Shown here: one piece after another, positions 1 to 8,374 of the stretch
Numbering within the stretch: position 1 is the stretch's first letter
Layout of the letters: every line of letters starts with the position of its first letter
Assembly: GCA_045863295.1 (NCBI GenBank)
Contig: BTWA01000039.1
Coordinates: forward strand, 1 to 57,193
Source of the DNA: Candidatus Hydrogenedentota bacterium
Lineage (GTDB): Bacteria; Hydrogenedentota; Hydrogenedentia; Hydrogenedentales; SLHB01
Direction of reading: 5' to 3'
Length of the DNA stretch: 57,193 nucleotides
Translations under genes and position numbers: made by a program
Notes under the pieces: model-generated
Told to the model about the DNA's origin: nothing
Databases searched by the model: none
Seen by the model: the letters and a program-made list of their open reading frames with translations, nothing else

Positions 1-425
1 TCCACGTCGAGCTTGTCGAAGCACAACCCGGCTACGCGGGCCTTCGGCGGTTCCTGACCGATGGCCTGGCGGAACTCCGCAACGGCGGCGAGATCGGGCA
101 GTTTATCCGGATCCTGCACGAGATGGCGCAGTGTGATGAGCGTGTGCGTCTTGCCGCCGCCGTACGTGAGCTCGAGTTGGCGGACAGCCTTGTCGTTCTT
201 TCCCGCCACGCGGAGCATCACATCGCGCACAAGCTGTCGCAGGTTGTATGTCGGAAACGTCAAGGCGAAGAAGTTGTTCGGGTTTTCATACACCGGACGT
301 TTCCCGCTCTGCATCAGGACCTCGTACAGGTCCGCGGCGAACAGGTGCAGCGGGAGTTCGCCCGATTTGAGGTCGTCGCGCAATGTCACAACCTCATGCC
401 AGCTCTTCCAGGGTTGTTTTGCCAT
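1..425 (-). CDS. DUF499-family AAA+ ATPase, N-terminal part (runs off the window start; absent from the ORF track)
   Basis: Manual translation from ATG at 425: MAKQPWKSWHEVVTLRDDLKSGELPLHLFAADLYEV...FFALTFPTYNLRQLV...QLELTYGGGKTHTLI. PW..V..LR.D, FAADL, FF..T.PT and Walker A GGGKTH are DUF499 hallmarks. Purine-rich RBS upstream. Confidence 0.9.
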   Translation of the reverse strand, partial: MAKQPWKSWHEVVTLRDDLKSGELPLHLFAADLYEVLMQSGKRPVYENPNNFFALTFPTYNLRQLVRDVMLRVAGKNDKAVRQLELTYGGGKTHTLITLRHLVQDPDKLPDLAAVAEFRQAIGQEPPKARVAGLCFDKLDV

Positions 426-435
426 CTTCTTTTCC

Positions 436-1554
436 TTACGTCAGCTCGTCCGGTTCATGAATGACGACGACGCCGTTGGGGAGACCGTAACCTAACGGTT
501 CAAGTCTCGCGCGTTGATCTTTGAATTCCAATAACGAACGATTCACGCTTTCAAGTATCGTCGCCGTACTTCGTGCGAACAGGGCCTTGATGGTTGGCCC
601 ATAGAAGCCTATCGCGTCTCCGAATGGCGATTCGCCCAGTATCAATACTGGCAAGCCAGCGAGTCTCGGAAGCGCTGCATCTTCAAGGGGTGGAAAGGTC
701 TCCGGAAACGGGCGACGTGCGATAAGCCGTGCAGCAAGTACGTCGTGCCCCATGAATCGCAGCGCCTTGGCATAGGCGAGACGCACTACCATATCTGAGT
801 TTGGATTACGCTCCTGACTGGGCTCGCCTTCTGGGTCTCTCACAATCGTTGTAGTTTCTGATCTCGGGTGCCTGCTCTCCACGCAGAAATGGGTGCCGAT
901 TACGACACGACTACAAGTGCCTCGTAGCGGTTTACTCACAGGCCTCACGTTCTGCACCTGAGCCAATCCTTCGGGATCGATTCTTTGTGTGATAGAACTA
1001 TTCGTCCCCGTGGACCCCTTGCTTTCCGCCAAGACTGTTTCGCCTCGGCTATCTTCGCAGAAATAGTCAGGGCGGCCCTGAAGCGGTGGATTCACATACA
1101 CAAGCTCTCCGCGTTGAATGCATGCATACGCATCCGCGATGTGATCCAAGCCGAAGTGCTCTCGCAGGATGTAGCAGGTTATGCCCGTAGCTACCTCTTC
1201 CGATGCAACCGCCGTGAGACGCGGGTCCTTTTCTAGAACGCCTTCATAGAACCGCAGCCGCGTCGCCGTCCCTGCGAAATCGCCGCCATAACGGTACAAG
1301 GCAAACCACGACCGTGGATCCCACGAGGAAGTGGCAAGGGTCATCGCGATACCAGTCTCGATCAATAGCCGATGGAGACTGACCTTCATTGTCCCACCAG
1401 TTGGAAATGGCGTTGGCGGAGCATAGCCGGGTGGTTGCACCTCTATCTTCCACTCCCGCAGATCCGTTGGACTGGGCGCGAATGGCAAATGCCACGGCGC
1501 GAGTCGATACCGCGCGCGCCAAAAGGGCCAGCAATATTTGAAGAACGGATCCAC
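436..1554 (-). CDS. Hypothetical protein with putative PD-(D/E)xK nuclease motif
   Basis: 372-aa ORF packed between the DUF1156 and DUF499 genes. Contains PDYFCEDSRGETVLAESKG (PD...ExK). Confidence 0.6.
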   Translation of the reverse strand: MDPFFKYCWPFWRARYRLAPWHLPFAPSPTDLREWKIEVQPPGYAPPTPFPTGGTMKVSLHRLLIETGIAMTLATSSWDPRSWFALYRYGGDFAGTATRLRFYEGVLEKDPRLTAVASEEVATGITCYILREHFGLDHIADAYACIQRGELVYVNPPLQGRPDYFCEDSRGETVLAESKGSTGTNSSITQRIDPEGLAQVQNVRPVSKPLRGTCSRVVIGTHFCVESRHPRSETTTIVRDPEGEPSQERNPNSDMVVRLAYAKALRFMGHDVLAARLIARRPFPETFPPLEDAALPRLAGLPVLILGESPFGDAIGFYGPTIKALFARSTATILESVNRSLLEFKDQRARLEPLGYGLPNGVVVIHEPDELT

Positions 1555-1558
1555 GAAC

Positions 1559-4500
1559 TTACTGCTCCTCTTTCAGGCTGAGTTGGCTGTCGTCCCGTAT
1601 CGCGCCTTTGGCCTGGATGTGGTTGCTCAGGCTTTCGAGGAGCGACCGTTCTTCGCTGCCGGCGTTGGAAAGCTCGATAAGCGATTGGACGAGGCGTTTG
1701 AACAACTCCTGGCGGCGGAGGCCGTTGTCGTCGAGGTATTCGTCGACCTTATGCACGTCGCCGGCGCGCCACAGATGCATTAGACGGTGAACACGGTCGA
1801 TCAACGGGATTGGACGTCCACTAGGTGCTTCGTAGCCCATGGACGCGCGCTTGCGCTGGGCCCAGGTTTTCAACGCAATCTTGCTACCGGAATCGCCGTT
1901 GTCCTCCGGCTCTTCTTCGGAATCGGGATCGGGCTCTTCATCGTCTTCGTCACTCGTCGATCCGCCCTTGTGCGTCACCAGGTCCCAGATGGATTCGAGG
2001 TCGCGGTCGGAGAGTCCGCAGGCCGTGGCGTACAGGATGCACGCGCCCGCGGGCGCTTCGTCTAAACTGAAGTCGTGCCTGTGGAGCAGGTAGTAGGCCG
2101 TCGGCGAGTCCATGCGGTCGGCGGCGGCCATGTCGGAATCGCCCTTCTCGCCTGTGAGCACCTGGCCGACCACGAAATCGACCACCATCCGCCGCACGTG
2201 GGACAAAAACTCGCCCACGGACATGATCTCGTTCGCGGCGTTCGCTTTCTTGACGATGGGATGTTTGCTGTAGGCTTCCAGCGCCGGACCCGTCGCCGCC
2301 CACACAAAGTCAGGGCCCCGGATACCCGCGTCCCAGTATTCGCGCAGACGTTCTTTGATATTGGCGCGCATTTGTTCCATGACGATGTTGTCCCAGCCCG
2401 GACGGGCCGTCGCGGGGCGCTTCTTGCAGACGAGCCAGACGGAGGAGGAGAGGGCGGCGGATGCGTGAGCTCGCATTCTCGATTCTCTTTCCGTCTGAAT
2501 TGGCCAACTTCCATCCACTATAAAACCAGCTCGAATTATTGCGGAGACAAGCGTCTCCCAAGCATCGGGATGTTTATGCGCAAACACAATCACCAAGCAT
2601 CCATCAGCTTGGAGACTCTCATGACACGCAAGAAACGCGCGTGCCATACCGTCTTCATAGGTCTGCTTTGACTTTTTCGAATCGCCGCCATGACGACTAT
2701 CATCGTCAATCAGCTCTCCATCCTTATCCGAATGGTTCCACTTCGGCGAGATGACTTCACTTAGCCAACTCCCTTCTTCCAGCGAGGTACCTTGGATTGC
2801 CCGCTTAATCCAAACGTAGAAGAAGTCCATACAGTCTGAATATGGGATGGCGTCATAATAGGGAGGGTCTGTGACAATAAGGTCAACTCTTGTGGGGTTT
2901 GCTGAGATGGCCGAACCTTGCCTTATGCTTGGCTCTGGCGAGGCTTGAGTCGCGAGCAAGCCATGCTCGATCGAAAGTGAAACCCATCGAACAGCACTCT
3001 GATAACCGCCACCCTCAGAGGTTGTAGCGTTAATCTCTGCAAAATCCCAAACGATTGGGAGGGCAAATCGACCAAATGTATGTGCAACAAACTCCATGCT
3101 CATTGCCCACATACACAGCGTGCTTGAGTAGTCAGTGAATCGATCAAAGGCAATAACCAAATAGGCCGCGACTGCCTCGCGCCAGTCTGGTGGAAGACTG
3201 CCCTCGTTCACGGTGGCAACTTTGCGAAGCTGCTTAACGAGCGTTCCCAATGCCAGCAATTGCCGAGGAGAAAACAGGTCTCTCCATTGCATCAGGCCGT
3301 AACCTTGAATCGAAAAAGCTCTTGCTGCACCTCGACCACCACCCGCAGGCGTTGGTTCAGTGGGTAGACCAAACGGAATATCTGCGAAGACTTGTTCTAA
3401 TTCGCTTTCGGTTCTTACGGCACAATCGAGTTCATATGGTGTTGGCAGCCGATATGCCTTGCTCGTTTGGCTCTCTGTGATTACCGCTGTTGCAACTACG
3501 CCCAACCGCCGCGCTTTGCCCTCCGTGCGTATGTCTTCCATTGTCATTATTGCGGGACAGCAAGGGCACTTCGCGCCTGCCCGTGACATCGTACCGGCGC
3601 CCAACCGTTTGTCATGCTCCCGCTTCTGGGCTGCGTTGCCGCCCTGGGCCGGAACATTGTCCTGAATCCCGAACTCCACGCCGGTCTTGTCCGCGTTCGG
3701 TTGCATCGTGAGCAGCACCCGCTTGCGGTCTTTCTTGCAGAGCCAGCGTGTCTTCAGAAGCGGTACCACGGCGCGGCAGTTCTTGCACTTGACTGTGCGC
3801 GCCCAGAGATAGCCCACGGTGGGTTTGGCGACCCAGCGCGGGTTCTTCTTGTCGGCGAGGTATTCCTCCGAGAACTCGGCGTTTAACGCATTGATGTTCG
3901 CCCTTCCCTGGTCGTCGAGCGGCACGAGTTGCATGGGCTGTTTTTCGTAGGGCTTGGGATGCTTCGGGTCGAGGGGCTCGAAGTCGGCATAGGTCGGATA
4001 ATACGGCGCGAGTTCTTTCCGCGCTTCATTGAGCACCCAGCGGCCCCAGGCGCGCACGTGCCAGGCGAGGTCCGCCTTCGGCGTTCGGCCGCTGTCTTTC
4101 TTCCGGCTTTCCCAGAGGTCTTCCTGGGCTTCCTGCTCCTGTTTCTTCGTGCGCTTGGTCCGGCCGACGAGATGAGGATGGGCCTTGTAGAAGTCGTTCA
4201 TGAAATCCTCGTCGTCGAGGATAAAGTCCGGTAGTGGATGGGTCTTCCCCGCCAGCTTCTGGGGATATTCGAGCGTGCACTTAAGAATGAACCAGGCCAC
4301 GGGGTTGATGTCTGCCGCGGTGGTTTCGCAGCCCAGCCGCATGGCCTCGAGCGGAATGGCGCCGCCCCCGGCGAAGGGATCGAGCACCCGAGGCGCGCGC
4401 CCGCCGTAGGCCTTCTTAATTTGTTCCCGGAACCAGGCGAGTTCCTTCTCCCGGTGCGCGACAAGAGTTTGGTGTTGCTCCAGCTTCTTCCGTCCGCCCG

Positions 4501-4840
4501 ATTTCGGTTCCGTGCCGATCCAGCCGAGCACCCCGCCTTCCACTTCTTCTTTCACGCGCTCGACTACGCTGCCGTTCGGCATCTTCTTCTTTTCAATCTT
4601 CTGAACGACCTTGCCGCCGATCCGTTCGCACAGCTTCTGCCGTTCCTCCGGCGTCCCCGGGTCCGGCAACAGCGTCGCCAACAACGCCGCCCGGCACGCC
4701 GCCAACGGTCGCCGCGCCGGCCAGATATGCAACGTCGAAATGTGCCCATGCCGCACGTTCTTCTCATGCACCGAAGTCAGCGAAGCCTGCTTCAACGGAA
4801 ACGCGCGCTCAATTAGTCTGGGTTTGTTTGTATCACTCAT
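1559..4840 (-). CDS. DUF1156-domain adenine-specific DNA methyltransferase
   Basis: N-terminal LHIWPARRPLAACRA (DUF1156), SAM-binding LDPFAGGGAIPLEA, Zn ribbon CKNC...CPCC, catalytic TDPPY. Confidence 0.93.
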   Translation of the reverse strand: MSDTNKPRLIERAFPLKQASLTSVHEKNVRHGHISTLHIWPARRPLAACRAALLATLLPDPGTPEERQKLCERIGGKVVQKIEKKKMPNGSVVERVKEEVEGGVLGWIGTEPKSGGRKKLEQHQTLVAHREKELAWFREQIKKAYGGRAPRVLDPFAGGGAIPLEAMRLGCETTAADINPVAWFILKCTLEYPQKLAGKTHPLPDFILDDEDFMNDFYKAHPHLVGRTKRTKKQEQEAQEDLWESRKKDSGRTPKADLAWHVRAWGRWVLNEARKELAPYYPTYADFEPLDPKHPKPYEKQPMQLVPLDDQGRANINALNAEFSEEYLADKKNPRWVAKPTVGYLWARTVKCKNCRAVVPLLKTRWLCKKDRKRVLLTMQPNADKTGVEFGIQDNVPAQGGNAAQKREHDKRLGAGTMSRAGAKCPCCPAIMTMEDIRTEGKARRLGVVATAVITESQTSKAYRLPTPYELDCAVRTESELEQVFADIPFGLPTEPTPAGGGRGAARAFSIQGYGLMQWRDLFSPRQLLALGTLVKQLRKVATVNEGSLPPDWREAVAAYLVIAFDRFTDYSSTLCMWAMSMEFVAHTFGRFALPIVWDFAEINATTSEGGGYQSAVRWVSLSIEHGLLATQASPEPSIRQGSAISANPTRVDLIVTDPPYYDAIPYSDCMDFFYVWIKRAIQGTSLEEGSWLSEVISPKWNHSDKDGELIDDDSRHGGDSKKSKQTYEDGMARAFLACHESLQADGCLVIVFAHKHPDAWETLVSAIIRAGFIVDGSWPIQTERESRMRAHASAALSSSVWLVCKKRPATARPGWDNIVMEQMRANIKERLREYWDAGIRGPDFVWAATGPALEAYSKHPIVKKANAANEIMSVGEFLSHVRRMVVDFVVGQVLTGEKGDSDMAAADRMDSPTAYYLLHRHDFSLDEAPAGACILYATACGLSDRDLESIWDLVTHKGGSTSDEDDEEPDPDSEEEPEDNGDSGSKIALKTWAQRKRASMGYEAPSGRPIPLIDRVHRLMHLWRAGDVHKVDEYLDDNGLRRQELFKRLVQSLIELSNAGSEERSLLESLSNHIQAKGAIRDDSQLSLKEEQ

Positions 4841-6330
4841 ACGTTGTGCCCCGAAAAGGGAAGTTGCTTCAGTTTGTGCTCATTGACCAGGACCTTCTGG
4901 GCATCGAAAAAGCCCTCGATCAAATCCTTGGTTGATCTCCCCGATCCTTGCTCAATCTGGAAGGAATTCGCTGTGATTCTTATCGTGACGTCAAGACCAT
5001 CGACTTGGAGCGTGCAGAAGGAGCAATCCTTGTCAGTATCTACCGTGAGGCGTCCATCGTTCAGGTCTTCTATCTGGTCCACAATATCCGCAATATCGAA
5101 GAGAGTGTCGGATACAAACTCAAGCACGGTGAAAATGTCTCCAAAGGCCCTTTCAAATTCCGGCGACAATACAGCGTCGGGCGTACGGATACTTTCTATC
5201 TCCCGGTACCAGAGGGCTTCAGATGTGTCATCCGGATTGATTTGGACGGTCACAACATAGTTGAAGTCCGGCGTGATGATAGAGCCGCTCCCCTCTTCCG
5301 GGCCATCGGTCCTTATGTCACGTCTCTTGAGTCCGAAAGCCTCCTTGATACTCGCGTATTTGTCTTCAAGGTCCTGCTCCAACTCTTCTTGGGCAATTCT
5401 GGCAACGAAACTCTGTGCAGACTCGGAATCAGAGTCGGGAATGAAGTGGCCCTTTTTCTTATTGAACCCACTCAGGTGCACGATGCTGAGTGCATCGACA
5501 CCGCGGAGGACAATCCGTTTCAACTGTCGCATGTGGGGCATCGCAGCAGATCTGCGTGCTTCAAGAATATGCTTGACGTCCGCGATCAAGAACTCGCTAC
5601 TCTGTGCGCCATATAACCATGGCGTTTGGTGTCTCACGTCAGGGGAAGCTTGTCGAAGTGAACGCGGGACTTCCTGTTTCAAGAAATTCTGCAAAGACGA
5701 TGACGTGAGCAAATGCCCTCGCTCCAAAGCCAGAGGTGCTTCACCGTTGAGCGCTTGGATAATGTGATAGGTCCAAATCCCATGATTCAGTAGGCGTGAA
5801 GGATAGGAAGATTCATCCGGTTTACAGGCGGTGAAGCAGACACAGTGTTCGGATTTGTCAAAAAACTCCTCCAGCTCGCGTTCCGTGAGATCGGTGTAGA
5901 TGCCGCGGACTTTCGTACTCGCCAATATTCCACTCTCGCACGAATCCAAGAAAAGCATGACCTTGTTGCACAGAGAATTTCGAAACAAATCAAACAACCA
6001 TTGAACTGGAACGCTTGTTCGTTCAAGGTCGGCTACATCTGTGTCGTGGCAAGTGATATAGTTTTCACCGTTCTTGGCGAATCCATGACCGGCGTAATAG
6101 AAGCACAGCGTATCTCCTGCAGTGAGAGATCGGACGCGACGTCCCACTTGGGACTCGATACTCGTCTTCGTCGCTTTGTTGCTCAGCAGCAGTACCTGTT
6201 CGGTCTTATCAAATCCATGCTGCTCCAGTGCTGTCGACAACCCGAGCGCGTCGGCTTCGGCGTAGTCGACAGATGAGATCGAGGTATCGGAGTAATTCTC
6301 AACCGCGATCAGAATCGCGTACTTGCTCAT
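4837..6330 (-). CDS. Caspase-like (peptidase C14) protein with uncharacterised C-terminal domain
   Basis: Likely start MSKYAILIAVENY at 6330 (AGGAAGG RBS). His-Cys dyad motifs FYYAGHG and FLDSCESG. Stop overlaps the MTase start (ATGA). Confidence 0.88.
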   Translation of the reverse strand: MSKYAILIAVENYSDTSISSVDYAEADALGLSTALEQHGFDKTEQVLLLSNKATKTSIESQVGRRVRSLTAGDTLCFYYAGHGFAKNGENYITCHDTDVADLERTSVPVQWLFDLFRNSLCNKVMLFLDSCESGILASTKVRGIYTDLTERELEEFFDKSEHCVCFTACKPDESSYPSRLLNHGIWTYHIIQALNGEAPLALERGHLLTSSSLQNFLKQEVPRSLRQASPDVRHQTPWLYGAQSSEFLIADVKHILEARRSAAMPHMRQLKRIVLRGVDALSIVHLSGFNKKKGHFIPDSDSESAQSFVARIAQEELEQDLEDKYASIKEAFGLKRRDIRTDGPEEGSGSIITPDFNYVVTVQINPDDTSEALWYREIESIRTPDAVLSPEFERAFGDIFTVLEFVSDTLFDIADIVDQIEDLNDGRLTVDTDKDCSFCTLQVDGLDVTIRITANSFQIEQGSGRSTKDLIEGFFDAQKVLVNEHKLKQLPFSGHNV

Positions 6331-6364
6331 GAACTGCCTTCCTGATGATGTGTATGGGCAAACG

Positions 6365-8353
6365 TCATGTTTCAACACCTGTGTTCTTAAGAAACCTTCG
6401 GCCCGAAACCGCTGCAGGACACTGCGGCCCGAGTTCGTGAATGAACTGAGACGCGACCGTACTTGCGGTGCCCCCAATGGTCCGGCGCGTTCGGGCTCTC
6501 ATCTTGAATGCCGTAGCGGCGGGCAATCCGGTCACGGACGAAAGCACAACAGTTTGCCTGGTCCGAGTTATGGCAACGTAGAAGAGGCGACGCTGTTCTT
6601 CGATCGATACTTGCTGTTCGTGTTGGGATGCATCGGTATCAATGCTCGGTATGAGGCCTTGCAAACACCCGCTGACCACGACGAGGTCGGCGGTCAACCC
6701 TTTCGATTTGTGAAGACTCATGACGCGTACGTAGTCCACATCAGTAGGCATTTCTGGTTGAGACACAAAGCGCCTTATAGTGTCGACGAGTTTTTGTGGT
6801 CCGAAGTTGTCTTCCTCAATGCCGCCAGCGATATCCACGAACGGAGCCGCCCAGGCTTCCGCCGCAGGAAGCACCGCGTCAACCAAAGCTTGCCCCGTGA
6901 GGCTGTCAAGATTCGTCAGCAGTGTTTGTAGTTCCCGGAATCGGTCTATGATGTGCCCCGTGTGCGCAATCTTCAGGGCGCTGCTAGCCAGTTTCTCCAA
7001 CGCCTCCCACGGACTATCACCCTTCGATTCACAGTGTTCCCGCAGCCGTGCCCAGGCGCCATCCGCCAGTGTATTGCTGCCAAAGCCGCACCAGCAACGG
7101 AGCGCGACGCGATCATCGCGATTTGCCAAGAGCATCAACAAAGCCAGGGCCTGTTGAGCTTGCGACTGGTCATGTTTCTTGGGGTCTCCATCAAGGAGTT
7201 GCTCGCTGAAGAAACTATGCGCGGGGACATCCAGTGCATTGAGGTGGTCGCGCACCAGGTACCCGAACTCCCTGCGCGGCGCCAGAATAAGCACGCTCCC
7301 CGGCTCGACATCTCCAGAGTCGATGCGACTCTTGATAAAGGTGGCGATTCCGCGCGCCTCGGCATTCATTGACTGCCATTGGACTACATGAATCTCGCCC
7401 ATCGGATTGTCTGATGACGGCTGTAGTTGGCGGTTGCTACGTATTGTGTTGTTCGCGATTAAGGCGTTTGCCATCGCAACAACCGTCTGAGGGCACCGGC
7501 GACACAGGTCAAGGCCAACCTCTTCTGTGTTCGGGTGCGACCCAGGAAATTCAACGATTCCGGCCGGGTGAGCGTGCTTGAAGGAATATATGGACTGGTC
7601 TTCATCGCCGACGATCACCAGACTGCCATTGGCAAGCAAATCGACCAGATGTTGCTCCGCGCGATTCAAGTCCTGGTACTCATCCACAAGCAGATGGTCG
7701 AAATTGTCGCGATACGGCGATAGCGGGTTGTTACGAAGGTACTTGATGCCCTCGGGTATCAGTTCGCCGATGAGCATCGCTTCGTGGAACTTGAGCCAAT
7801 TTAGCAACGCGGATTGGAAGGCTCGGTCGGCAGGGTCCTGCGGCCAACCGGGCTGCTCATGTTGCAGCCGCGCCCAGGCGGCGGAGAAGGCGATGAGTTT
7901 CTTGCCGCACTCGCGAACACCGCCGAAGCCCGTTTTGCAAAGATCCTGCAGAAGAAACCTCTCCTCGAAACGCAGCAGTGGACGTGGCACGCGCCCTGTT
8001 GCCTCCAGCACATCCTGGGACGAGAGCATTGAAAAGCAGAAGCCATGGACTGTGTGGGTCTGGATTTCGTCGGCCCTATCCACACCAAGCTCCGCAATAG
8101 CCCGGGTAATGTCCTCAGCCGCAGTACGCGTGAAAGTGCATGCCAGAATCCGCCGTGGATTGGCCTTATCAACTTCCAAGAGACGCGTGATACGTCGCAT
8201 TAGCGCAAACGTCTTACCCGTCCCCGGACCGGCAACAACGCATAGTGGCGAGTTGGGAGAGGCCGCAATGGTGAGGGCTTGACCTTTTAGTCCGTCATTC
8301 CAAGGCATAGCCGTATCCTTTAGCGATGGTCTCTGTGATGGGTCGAAACTCAT
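6365..8353 (-). CDS. UvrD/Rep-family SF1 helicase
   Basis: AGPGTGKT, TFTRTAA, VDEYQD, VGDEDQSIY, MSLHKSKGL, EEQRRLFYVAITR. Alternative start at 8308. Confidence 0.93.
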   Translation of the reverse strand: MSFDPSQRPSLKDTAMPWNDGLKGQALTIAASPNSPLCVVAGPGTGKTFALMRRITRLLEVDKANPRRILACTFTRTAAEDITRAIAELGVDRADEIQTHTVHGFCFSMLSSQDVLEATGRVPRPLLRFEERFLLQDLCKTGFGGVRECGKKLIAFSAAWARLQHEQPGWPQDPADRAFQSALLNWLKFHEAMLIGELIPEGIKYLRNNPLSPYRDNFDHLLVDEYQDLNRAEQHLVDLLANGSLVIVGDEDQSIYSFKHAHPAGIVEFPGSHPNTEEVGLDLCRRCPQTVVAMANALIANNTIRSNRQLQPSSDNPMGEIHVVQWQSMNAEARGIATFIKSRIDSGDVEPGSVLILAPRREFGYLVRDHLNALDVPAHSFFSEQLLDGDPKKHDQSQAQQALALLMLLANRDDRVALRCWCGFGSNTLADGAWARLREHCESKGDSPWEALEKLASSALKIAHTGHIIDRFRELQTLLTNLDSLTGQALVDAVLPAAEAWAAPFVDIAGGIEEDNFGPQKLVDTIRRFVSQPEMPTDVDYVRVMSLHKSKGLTADLVVVSGCLQGLIPSIDTDASQHEQQVSIEEQRRLFYVAITRTRQTVVLSSVTGLPAATAFKMRARTRRTIGGTASTVASQFIHELGPQCPAAVSGRRFLKNTGVET

Positions 8354-8374
8354 GGACTCTGGCGCGCGTTAGCA

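Noticed and set aside
61..495. Plus-strand ORFs 61-495 and 123-464
   Set aside because: Antisense shadows of the DUF499 gene.
6331..6477. N-terminal extension of the caspase ORF
   Set aside because: Overlaps the UvrD 3' end; the domain and RBS begin at 6330.
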